From Prevotella sp. (GTDB lineage Bacteria > Bacteroidota > Bacteroidia > Bacteroidales > Bacteroidaceae), in contig JBNMMB010000001.1 in NCBI GenBank assembly GCA_050875105.1, positions 12,597 to 76,596 of the forward strand: a stretch of DNA of 64,000 nucleotides, written 5' to 3'. The notes under the pieces were generated by a model. It saw nothing but the letters and a program-made list of their open reading frames with translations, did no database searches and was not told the DNA's origin. Position numbers and translations under genes: made by a program. Positions 28,060 to 35,878 of this stretch are shown piece after piece (positions within the stretch are counted from its first letter, which is position 1; every line of letters begins with the position of its first letter).

Positions 28060-28254
28060 TTAGTATTTTGGCATGACAATCCAAAGGATGATGTAAGCCA
28101 GCAGTCCGGGAAAGCCCGCGCAACACACGGAGAGAAACACGTAGACCAGGCGCAGAATGGCGGAGTCCCAACCGAAATACGCCGCTACGCCGCCGAGCAC
28201 ACCTGCAATCCAACGGTCGGAAGAGGAGCGGACCAATCTTTTATTCGTTGACAT
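28060..28254 (-). CDS. PspC-domain small membrane protein
   Basis: 64 aa. RLVRSSSDRWIAGVLGGVAAYFGWDSAILRLVYV followed by a TM helix matches the PspC-domain pattern. It is embedded between argG and argC. Confidence 0.7.
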   Translation of the reverse strand: MSTNKRLVRSSSDRWIAGVLGGVAAYFGWDSAILRLVYVFLSVCCAGFPGLLAYIILWIVMPKY

Positions 28255-28275
28255 AGTGCTATCGTTTTAGGTGAA

Positions 28276-29475
28276 TTAACGCTTCTCGTCGGGGTGCATG
28301 CCGTAGAAGACACGCAGCGGCGTGGATGTGATCTTGATGAAGCCCTTGGCGTCCTCGGCCGTCCAACCGTGGTTCATCTCGCCATACTCGCCGAGCTTCG
28401 ACTTGGTGAGGTCGTCGGGTGAGTCGACGCCGACGGTCTGGAAGCCATAGGGACGGAGCTTGAGGATGGCAGTACCGTTGACGTGACGCTGCGAACTGGT
28501 GAGGAAAGCCTCCATGTCGGGCATGACAGGCTCCAAGTATTGACTCTCATGAAGGAACATGCCATACCAGTTGGCCACCTGGTCCTTCCAGTACTGTTGC
28601 CACTTCGACAGGGTGGATTTCTCCAGAAGGCGGTGCGCCTCGATGATGAGCATGGGCGCAGCGGCCTCAAAGCCCACACGGCCCTTGATGCCGATGATGG
28701 TGTCGCCGACATTGCAGTCGCGGCCGATGGCGTAGCTGGCACCGATCTCCTCAATCTTCTGGATGGCCTTGACCTTGTCGTCGAAGGTCTCGCCGTTGAC
28801 CGCCACAATCTCGCCCTTGTCGAACGTGATGCGCAGTTCGGCCTCTTGTTCCTTGGCAGTGACATGCTTCAGATAAGCCTCTTCTGGCAGGCCCTGGGTG
28901 GGATCGAGCAGTTCGCCACCGCAGATGCTGGTGCCCCAAATGCCCACATTGTAGCTATACTTCAGTTTGGTGAAGTCGGCAAAGAATCCATGCTCGTTGA
29001 GGTAGTCGACCTCCTCCTTGCGTGAGAGTTCCTTGTCACGTGTCAAGGTGATGATCTCCACACCTGGTGCCATGACGAGGAAGGTCATGTCGAAACGAAT
29101 CTGGTCGTTGCCGGCGCCTGTGGAGCCGTGCGCGATGGCATCGGCACCAATCTCCTTGGCATAGCGGGCGATGGCGATGGCCTGGAAGATACGCTCCGAC
29201 GACACGGAAATGGGATAGCAGTTGTTGCGGAGCACATTGCCAAAGATCATGTATTTCAGCGACTTGGCATAATACTCTTGCGTGACGTCGAGGGTGACAT
29301 ATTTCACGGCGCCCAACTTGATGGCGTTCTCCTCGTTCTTCTTCAACTGCTCAGCGCTGAAGCCGCCCGTGTTGGCGCAAGCCGCATAGACGTCCCAACC
29401 TTCCTGGGCGAGTTTCATCACTGTGTATGATGTGTCAAGGCCACCACTATAGGCCACTACTACTTTCTTTTTCAT
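28276..29475 (-). CDS. argG: argininosuccinate synthase
   Basis: Trimmed to the ATG at 29475 (MKKKVVVAYSGGLDTS...), giving 399 aa. The ATP-PPase motif AYSGGLDTS and the GSTGAGNDQIRF block are present. Confidence 0.9.
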   Translation of the reverse strand: MKKKVVVAYSGGLDTSYTVMKLAQEGWDVYAACANTGGFSAEQLKKNEENAIKLGAVKYVTLDVTQEYYAKSLKYMIFGNVLRNNCYPISVSSERIFQAIAIARYAKEIGADAIAHGSTGAGNDQIRFDMTFLVMAPGVEIITLTRDKELSRKEEVDYLNEHGFFADFTKLKYSYNVGIWGTSICGGELLDPTQGLPEEAYLKHVTAKEQEAELRITFDKGEIVAVNGETFDDKVKAIQKIEEIGASYAIGRDCNVGDTIIGIKGRVGFEAAAPMLIIEAHRLLEKSTLSKWQQYWKDQVANWYGMFLHESQYLEPVMPDMEAFLTSSQRHVNGTAILKLRPYGFQTVGVDSPDDLTKSKLGEYGEMNHGWTAEDAKGFIKITSTPLRVFYGMHPDEKR

Positions 29476-29652
29476 AATCTGGTTCCTCCATTGTCCATCC
29501 ATAGTCCTCGGCTTGTCCACTGGCCACTCGGGCCTCGGCGACAACACGCAAGCGGATGGTTGTTATTGGGTTATTGTTGTGTGTTTATAATATAATAAGG
29601 AGTGCTTCGCCCCCTTCGTCATAGCCTGCTTGGGCTGCGACAGGACGATGGT

Positions 29653-30288
29653 TTACGACTCTCCGTAGTCGTTGGAACTGGCGTCCGACGTGGTTCCGCT
29701 GCCGTCGATGCGCTTGATGCGCTCCATGACTGCCACGGGAATCTTGGCAGGCAGGTGTTCCTCGGGATCGAAGAGCATGGCGGTGCAGATGCAGAACTTA
29801 CGCCCTGTGCGCTGCAAGATGTCGTGGTTGATGCATCCCTGGCAACCGCGCCAGAAGGCCTCATCGTCGGTGAGGTCGTTGAACGTCACCGGATGGTAGC
29901 CCAGTTGGGTGTTCATCGTCATCACGGCCGAGCCGGATGTGAGCGAGAATATCTTGGCATGGGGCCAGCGCACACGCGCCAGCGTGAACGTGAGGTTCTT
30001 GATGCGCTTGGCCAGTCCGATGCCACGATAGTCGGGATGAACGATCAGGCCGGATGTGGTGACATAGTGCTTGTTGCCCCATGTCTCGATGTAACTGAAA
30101 CCAGCGAAACGCTCGCCGTCAAGTGCGATGACGGCCTTGGCCTCACGCATCTTGGTGGCCACATACTCGGGCGACCGCTTGGCGATGCCGGTGCCACGCA
30201 CCTTGGCTGCGTCTGCAATGGTCTGAAGAATGGTGTCGACGTACTTGATGTGACTCTCGTCGGCAACCACCACTTGTACTTCTTTCAT
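29653..30288 (-). CDS. GNAT-family N-acyltransferase of the arginine cluster
   Basis: 211 aa with a GNAT acyl-CoA-binding block (VHPDYRGIGLAKRI). It sits between argR and argG, as in Bacteroides arginine operons, making it a candidate N-acyl (succinyl/acetyl) glutamate synthase. Confidence 0.7.
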   Translation of the reverse strand: MKEVQVVVADESHIKYVDTILQTIADAAKVRGTGIAKRSPEYVATKMREAKAVIALDGERFAGFSYIETWGNKHYVTTSGLIVHPDYRGIGLAKRIKNLTFTLARVRWPHAKIFSLTSGSAVMTMNTQLGYHPVTFNDLTDDEAFWRGCQGCINHDILQRTGRKFCICTAMLFDPEEHLPAKIPVAVMERIKRIDGSGTTSDASSNDYGES

Positions 30289-30296
30289 GAATGTTG

Positions 30297-30767
30297 TTAT
30301 TTGTCTACTATGTCGTTGATGCCGTCCACGATGGCGTTGTAGTCCACGCCCTCACGGATCACGATGATGATGGTGTCGTCGCCCGCGATGGTGCCCAGGA
30401 TCTCGGGCACATGACTGTTGTCAATGTTATAGGCGATGGAACTGGCGTATCCCGGACGGGTCTTGATGACTCCGATATTTCCTGAAAAGTTGATGGACAA
30501 GAAGCCTGGATTGGCAAGCATCTCACTCACCGACAAGGTCTTGGGTGCTCGCCGATACATGGTCTCGTTGGGCAACACATACACGTATTTGCCATTCATC
30601 GAGGCAGCCTTGGCCACCTTCAGTTGCTTCATGTCGCGGCTCAAAGTGGCCTGGGTGAGCTTGAAGCCTTCGCGGTGCAATTCGTTGAGCACCTCTTCCT
30701 GACTGCTCATCTCCATGCTCGAAATGATCATCTTGATGGCCTTAAGTCGGCGGTCTTTGATCTTCAT
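30297..30767 (-). CDS. argR: arginine repressor
   Basis: The start is placed at the ATG at 30767 (MKIKDRRLKAIKMII...), because a -7 box at 30796-30803 leaves no room for the track start at 30794. A winged-helix block (LTQATLSRDMKQLKV) and a C-terminal oligomerisation/arginine-binding block (GTIAGDDTI) are present. Confidence 0.85.
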   Translation of the reverse strand: MKIKDRRLKAIKMIISSMEMSSQEEVLNELHREGFKLTQATLSRDMKQLKVAKAASMNGKYVYVLPNETMYRRAPKTLSVSEMLANPGFLSINFSGNIGVIKTRPGYASSIAYNIDNSHVPEILGTIAGDDTIIIVIREGVDYNAIVDGINDIVDK

Positions 30768-30795
30768 GTCTGTATTTTTATGCTTCATTTGCATG

Positions 30796-30803
30796 CAAAA
30801 TTA
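30796..30803 (-). promoter_or_regulatory. -7 promoter box (TAATTTTG on minus strand) of the argR operon, overlapped by a TGCA palindrome
   Basis: The plus strand reads CAAAATTA. The adjacent perfect palindrome TTTGCATGCAAA (30788-30799) overlaps the box. Confidence 0.45.
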
Positions 30804-30973
30804 CAATTTATCACGCAAACCAACAAACATTTTTGCATATTTCTGTTGCATACGGCTTATATTTTGCCATATTGTGGTCGCAAACAGACATAATTATGCA
30901 CAGCTTGGTGCATTTTATGCAAACAGATGCGTTGATTTCCCCTTGTCTCCATCAACGGAGATGGACAGAAGGC

Positions 30974-31888
30974 TCAAAACTCGACGTAATGGCTGAGTCG
31001 TTCCATGTCGTCGGCGGTGAAGTCCTTGAGCAGGCGCAGATCAGACAGGCTCTTCAGCGGCCCACGCAGCCGTCGGTAGTCGGTGATGGCCTTGGCCTGG
31101 TAATAGTTGATGTAAGGATGGCGCTTGAGCTGGTTGAGGGTCAGGCGGTTGACGTTGATCTTCGTGGGTGTGCCATGGAGGGTGAAATAAGGGAGGGCCT
31201 TCTCGGGGAAGTCATCGATCTCAAGCAACTGGTCGGTGCTGTAGAAGCCACCGAGCCGCTGACGGTAGTTGGCTATCTCACGGGCGAAATAATGTCCGAT
31301 GCCGGGCACACGCTTGAGCAAGGTGGTGTCGGCGGTGTTGAGGTCGATGGTCTCCGAGAATTGCAACTTGGCAGGATAATGCACCTGAAGACTGTCGTGA
31401 TGGGAGACCGGACGGGTGCCATAGCGGTCGGCGGCAGGCTGGTAGTCGGCCGAGATGCGGATGTAAGGTTCGAGTTCGCGATACTCTTTCTGAGTGAGTC
31501 CATAGAGTCTGGCGAAGTCGGACGGCTGGCGGAAGATGCCACCTGCGGCCCGATAGCGATAGATGCTGCGCACCTGCCAGGGGCGGAGCCCCAGCCGGAG
31601 CAACTGGGTGCTGTCGGCCGTGTTAGGGTCAAAAGGAAAGCGCTCCACCTGCCGCGTGGCATCTTGACGGTAGTAGCCACCCGCCCCGCCGGCTCCATAG
31701 GCGCCACGCTCACCAGGGCGCTGGCGGGATGAAGCGACAGCCAGGCTGTCGGCCTGCGATGGCCTGACAGCCACCTCATCGCGGCCGAGATAGGCCATGA
31801 TGCCACAAGCGACGACCATCACCATCAAGAAAAAGAGGATGACCATGCGGTCGGAGCGGTTGAAATAGAAAAGGTCTTTGAGTTTCAC
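30974..31888 (-). CDS. helix-hairpin-helix (ComEA-like) repeat protein, membrane anchored
   Basis: 304 aa. The start codon at 31886-31888 is GTG. An N-terminal TM helix is followed by three HhH-type repeats (DPNTADSTQLLRLGL, DLNTADTTLLKRVPGIG, NVNRLTLNQLKRHPYI). Confidence 0.7.
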   Translation of the reverse strand: MKLKDLFYFNRSDRMVILFFLMVMVVACGIMAYLGRDEVAVRPSQADSLAVASSRQRPGERGAYGAGGAGGYYRQDATRQVERFPFDPNTADSTQLLRLGLRPWQVRSIYRYRAAGGIFRQPSDFARLYGLTQKEYRELEPYIRISADYQPAADRYGTRPVSHHDSLQVHYPAKLQFSETIDLNTADTTLLKRVPGIGHYFAREIANYRQRLGGFYSTDQLLEIDDFPEKALPYFTLHGTPTKINVNRLTLNQLKRHPYINYYQAKAITDYRRLRGPLKSLSDLRLLKDFTADDMERLSHYVEF

Positions 31889-31927
31889 ACCTATAAAACG
31901 CTGATGGTTGCTGGATCCCGGATGCCG

Positions 31928-33271
31928 TCAGATGACACCCATTTGATGGAGGAAGACCAAGAGAATGCATGCCGGAGAGATGAAACGGATGATGAAAAAC
32001 CACACGCCATGGATGCAGGAATGGATCGTTCCCCAGTTGGTCACCTCGTCGCGCACTACCTGTCGCGGCACCACCCATCCCACGAGAATGCACGTGAAGA
32101 ACGAGCCGAGGGGCAGGAGGATGTTGGACGTCAGGTAATCGCAACAGTCAAGAAAGCTCTTGCCAAACAGGCTGATGTCGACAGCGCCACACGACAACGA
32201 GCAGAGCACGCCGATGACGCAACACACAAGGGTCTCAATGAGGGCACCTTTCTTGCGCGAGATGTGTAGCTCCTCATAGAAGAGGGCCGTGCCTATCTCA
32301 TGCATGGAGATGGTCGATGTGAGAGCAGCCAGCGACAACAGGGCGTAGAAGAGAATGCCGATGACATATCCCAAGGTGGGGCTGAACGCCTGTTGGAACA
32401 CGTTGGGCAGCGTGATGAAGATCAGCGAGGGCCCACTGTCGGGCTTGATGCCCACGGAGAAGGCGGCAGGAAAGATCATCAGGCCGGCGAGGATGGCAAT
32501 GACCGTGTCGACACCGGCGATCTGCCCAGCGGTCTTCAGCAGGTTGGTCTGGCGCCCGAAGTAGGAGGCGTAGGTGCACAGACAGGCCGTGCCCAGCGAA
32601 AGGGAGAAGAAGGCTTGTCCCAAGGAGTCGAGCAACATGCTGCGTGTGACCTTGGAGAAGTCGGGCTTGAACAGGAACTCGATGCCCTTGCCGGCACCAG
32701 GGAGGGCGCAAGAGGCCACCACGATGATGAGCAACAGGATGAACAGGATGGGCATGAGGGTGTTGCTGAACTTCTCGATGCCCTTGCGCACACCGCGGAT
32801 GACCACCAGATGGGTGATGACAATGAACACGATGGTCCACAATAGGGGCTTCAGCGGGTCGGAAGAGAAGCTCTTGAAATACTCGGTGACATAGGTAGCG
32901 TCGCCCCGAAGGTTGCCCATGACCGAAGCCACAAGATACTGGAGGCACCAACCGGCCACCACGGCGTAGAAACCAAGGATGATCATGGCCGTGATGACGC
33001 CCATGTATCCGACAGCCGCCCAGCGGCGTCCGCCCATCTTGTGGTAAGCGCGCGCGGCGTTGGATGCGCCGTGGCGGCCCACGATAAACTCTGCCACCAT
33101 GCCAGGAATGCCCAGCAGGAGGATGCAGACAGCATAGATGAGGATGAAGGCCGCGCCGCCATCCTGGCCAGTCATGTAGGGGAAGCGCCAGATGTTGCCC
33201 AGGCCGACGGCCGAGCCGGCGGTGGCGAGCACCACGCCTATCTTGGTTCCGAAATTTCCGCGTTCTGTCAT
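31928..33271 (-). CDS. sodium-dependent transporter, SNF (neurotransmitter:sodium symporter) family
   Basis: 447 aa. It has the signature AGSAVGLGNIWRFPY and about 11-12 TM helices. Confidence 0.85.
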   Translation of the reverse strand: MTERGNFGTKIGVVLATAGSAVGLGNIWRFPYMTGQDGGAAFILIYAVCILLLGIPGMVAEFIVGRHGASNAARAYHKMGGRRWAAVGYMGVITAMIILGFYAVVAGWCLQYLVASVMGNLRGDATYVTEYFKSFSSDPLKPLLWTIVFIVITHLVVIRGVRKGIEKFSNTLMPILFILLLIIVVASCALPGAGKGIEFLFKPDFSKVTRSMLLDSLGQAFFSLSLGTACLCTYASYFGRQTNLLKTAGQIAGVDTVIAILAGLMIFPAAFSVGIKPDSGPSLIFITLPNVFQQAFSPTLGYVIGILFYALLSLAALTSTISMHEIGTALFYEELHISRKKGALIETLVCCVIGVLCSLSCGAVDISLFGKSFLDCCDYLTSNILLPLGSFFTCILVGWVVPRQVVRDEVTNWGTIHSCIHGVWFFIIRFISPACILLVFLHQMGVI

Positions 33272-33317
33272 ATAAGGTTTATTGTTTGGTCTGTCTCACA
33301 GCCCCGAAGGCCAGGGA

Positions 33318-34676
33318 TTATATCACATTGAACTGATGGAGGAAGATGCAGAGAATGGCCAGCGGACACACATAGCGCACGAGGAACAGGAAGATGCCCA
33401 AGAAACGGCCACTCGCCGTGCCCCAGTTGGTGAACTCGTCCTTCACCACTTGCTTGGGCACAAACCAACCCAGGAAGAGGCAGGTGAGGAAGCCGCCAAT
33501 GGGAAGGAAAATCTGACCGGTGACAAAGTCGAAGACATCGAAGAGGTCCTTGCCTCCGATGGTGAGCCAATCGAGCTTGCCCAGGGACAGCGAACAGAAC
33601 GCTCCGATGATGATCGTGGTCACGGTGACGATGCATGCGCCCTTCTTGCGCGAGATGTGTAGCTCCTCATAGAAGAAGGCGGTGCTCACCTCATGAAGCG
33701 ACATGAGCGACGTGAGGGCGGCCAGCGACAAGAGCGCATAGAACAGGAGCGAGATGATCCAGCCCAGGACGGGCATGCCCGAGAAGGCCTGGTTGAACAC
33801 ATTGGGCAACGTGATGAAGATGAGCGAGGGACCGCTGTCGGGATTGACGCCCACGGAGAAGGCGGCCGGGAAGATCATCAGACCCGCGAGGATGGCCACG
33901 AGGGAGTCGATGACCGAGATCTGGACCGCCGACCGCAGCAGGTTGGTCTGCCGCGAGTAGTAGGAGGCATAGGTGCAGATGCAGCCCATGGCCAGGCTCA
34001 ACGAATAAAACGACTGGCCGAGGGCACCGAGGAACATGCCTTGGTTGACCTTGCTGAAGTCGGGCTTGAAGAGGAAGGCGATGCCCTTCTCTGCTCCGGG
34101 CAACATGCAGGAGGCGCCGACGATGATCAGCAACAGCACAAACAGGGTGGGCATGAGCAACTTGGAGGCTTTCTCGATGCCGCCTCTCACGCCGTGGATG
34201 ATGACGAAATGGGTGACCCCCAGGATGACGACGAGCCAAACGATGGGACGGACGGGATCGGAGGAGAAGGTCTGGAAATAGCGTTTCACAAACTCGGGGT
34301 CGCCATGCAGATGCCCAGCGACCGACGCATAGATGTACTGCAAGCACCATCCCGACACCACAGCATAGTAGCCTGTGATGAGATAGCCCGTCAGCACACC
34401 CAGCAATCCCACATATTTCCAGGCGCTGCCGTGTGCCATCTTCGAATAGGCGCGAAAGGTGTTGGAGGCGCCGTGACGGCCGATGATAAACTCAGAGACC
34501 ATGCAGGGGATGCCCAACAGCAACACGCACCCAATATAAATAAGGATAAAGGCGGCGCCACCGTTCTGTCCGGTCATGTAGGGGAAGCGCCAGACATTGC
34601 CCAAACCCACAGCACCGCCGGCTGTGGCCAGTATCATGCCTATCTTACTCCCAAAGTTTGCTCTTTCTTCAGACAT
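33318..34676 (-). CDS. sodium-dependent transporter, SNF family (tandem paralogue)
   Basis: 452 aa. It has the signature AGGAVGLGNVWRFPY. By eye it is roughly 60% identical to the downstream paralogue. Confidence 0.85.
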   Translation of the reverse strand: MSEERANFGSKIGMILATAGGAVGLGNVWRFPYMTGQNGGAAFILIYIGCVLLLGIPCMVSEFIIGRHGASNTFRAYSKMAHGSAWKYVGLLGVLTGYLITGYYAVVSGWCLQYIYASVAGHLHGDPEFVKRYFQTFSSDPVRPIVWLVVILGVTHFVIIHGVRGGIEKASKLLMPTLFVLLLIIVGASCMLPGAEKGIAFLFKPDFSKVNQGMFLGALGQSFYSLSLAMGCICTYASYYSRQTNLLRSAVQISVIDSLVAILAGLMIFPAAFSVGVNPDSGPSLIFITLPNVFNQAFSGMPVLGWIISLLFYALLSLAALTSLMSLHEVSTAFFYEELHISRKKGACIVTVTTIIIGAFCSLSLGKLDWLTIGGKDLFDVFDFVTGQIFLPIGGFLTCLFLGWFVPKQVVKDEFTNWGTASGRFLGIFLFLVRYVCPLAILCIFLHQFNVI

Positions 34677-34703
34677 ACTAATCTTTTCATTTCTTTACGC
34701 TTG

Positions 34704-34711
34704 CAAAATTA
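34704..34711 (-). promoter_or_regulatory. -7 promoter box (TAATTTTG on minus strand) for the SNF transporter pair
   Basis: The plus strand reads CAAAATTA, 28 nt upstream of the ATG at 34676. Confidence 0.5.
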
Positions 34712-34723
34712 TAAAAATTTATC

Positions 34724-34731
34724 TACTTTTG
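34724..34731 (+). promoter_or_regulatory. -7 promoter box (TACTTTTG) for the VanZ-like gene
   Basis: Exact TAnnTTTG match 8 nt upstream of the ATG at 34739. This implies a very short leader, or use of the ATG at 34751. Confidence 0.4.
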
Positions 34732-34738
34732 CATCAAA

Positions 34739-35155
34739 ATGAAAGTAAAAATGAAAAAGTTGCATGACATATTAAGACAATACCCACTTTCGTGGGCCTG
34801 TGTGACAATCATTTGGGTGCTTTGCCTCATCCCCATCCCCGAAACACCCCTGAGCGACATCAGCATGATCGACAAGTGGACGCATTTCGTGATGTATGGC
34901 GGCTTGTGCTTCGTGATATGGGGCGAGCACGCCTACAGGCACCCCACCCTCAGCAAGCGCTTCCTCTGGACATGGGCTTTCGCCGCCCCTCTGGTGATGG
35001 GCGGACTGGTGGAGGTGGTGCAGGCCACGTGCACTGGCGGCCGACGGAGCGGCGATGTCGTCGACTGGTTGGCCGACGGCATCGGCGTTCTCATTGGACA
35101 GGTGCTTGGTATGCTTCTGGCACGAGCGATCGCCAGTTGCAGAAAGGATCGCTAA
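34739..35155 (+). CDS. VanZ-family membrane protein
   Basis: 138 aa with four hydrophobic helices and DKWTHFVMYGGL plus D..ADGIGVLIG patterns typical of VanZ-like proteins. Confidence 0.65.
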   Translation: MKVKMKKLHDILRQYPLSWACVTIIWVLCLIPIPETPLSDISMIDKWTHFVMYGGLCFVIWGEHAYRHPTLSKRFLWTWAFAAPLVMGGLVEVVQATCTGGRRSGDVVDWLADGIGVLIGQVLGMLLARAIASCRKDR

Positions 35156-35603
35156 GCAGGTGTGAATTGCGGTAATGCACGTCGCCCGTAACCTCGGGAC
35201 CGATGAAATCGGGCTTTTCGTAACCCTCGTCCTCGCTGTGCAGTTCCACCTCGGCCACCACGAGCCCGGCGTTGTCGCCATGAAACTCGTCGACCTCGAA
35301 GGTGTGGTCGCCACTCTTCACCAGCCAGCGATGCTTGTCGACCACCCCACCCTGGCACAGGGCCATGAGGTGCTGGGCCTCGTCGAGACTGATCTCTTTC
35401 TCAAACTCATAACGGGTCAATCCCCCGTTGGTACTGTGACTCTTGATGGTCAGGTACCCCTTCTCGTCACGCACACGGATGCGAACCGTGGCCCCCTTGG
35501 CGGGGATGTAGCCCTGCTGGATGTGGCTACAAGAAAAGGCGGCGCGTTTGTACGCGTCGCCTTTCTTGACGAGAAACTTGCGTTCTATCTCAAGTCCACT
35601 CAT
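35091..35603 (-). CDS. CYTH-domain protein (triphosphate tunnel metalloenzyme)
   Basis: Trimmed to the ATG at 35603 (MSGLEIERKFLV...), giving 170 aa. The EIERKFL signature and beta-barrel repeats are present. Its 3' end overlaps the convergent VanZ gene by 65 nt. Confidence 0.75.
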   Translation of the reverse strand: MSGLEIERKFLVKKGDAYKRAAFSCSHIQQGYIPAKGATVRIRVRDEKGYLTIKSHSTNGGLTRYEFEKEISLDEAQHLMALCQGGVVDKHRWLVKSGDHTFEVDEFHGDNAGLVVAEVELHSEDEGYEKPDFIGPEVTGDVHYRNSHLLSDPFCNWRSLVPEAYQAPVQ

Positions 35604-35791
35604 TATCTTACTACATACATTGACCAAATGACATAGAGGATGGCAAGTGCGATAAGCGCACCAAAGATCCACTTGACGACCTTGTCGCCCTGGCTCTTCT
35701 GCTTATCCTCATGATTCTCTCGCTTGCGGGGCTGAACCGCTGGGTTCACCTCATGCACCACGGGGTGCTTCTCAACTTTCTTCTTACTCAT
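35603..35791 (-). CDS. small lysine-rich membrane protein (hypothetical)
   Basis: 62 aa with ATG start. A basic N-half is followed by one TM helix (WIFGALIALAILYVIW). Its stop shares one nt with the CYTH start (TAATG), which suggests translational coupling. Confidence 0.4.
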   Translation of the reverse strand: MSKKKVEKHPVVHEVNPAVQPRKRENHEDKQKSQGDKVVKWIFGALIALAILYVIWSMYVVR

Positions 35792-35878
35792 GATTTCAAT
35801 ATTTTAAGGTTTCTAAGATGCTGTCCTATGGGGCTCGCCGCACCTGCCACGACCTTTCATCGGCACATGGCACGACGC

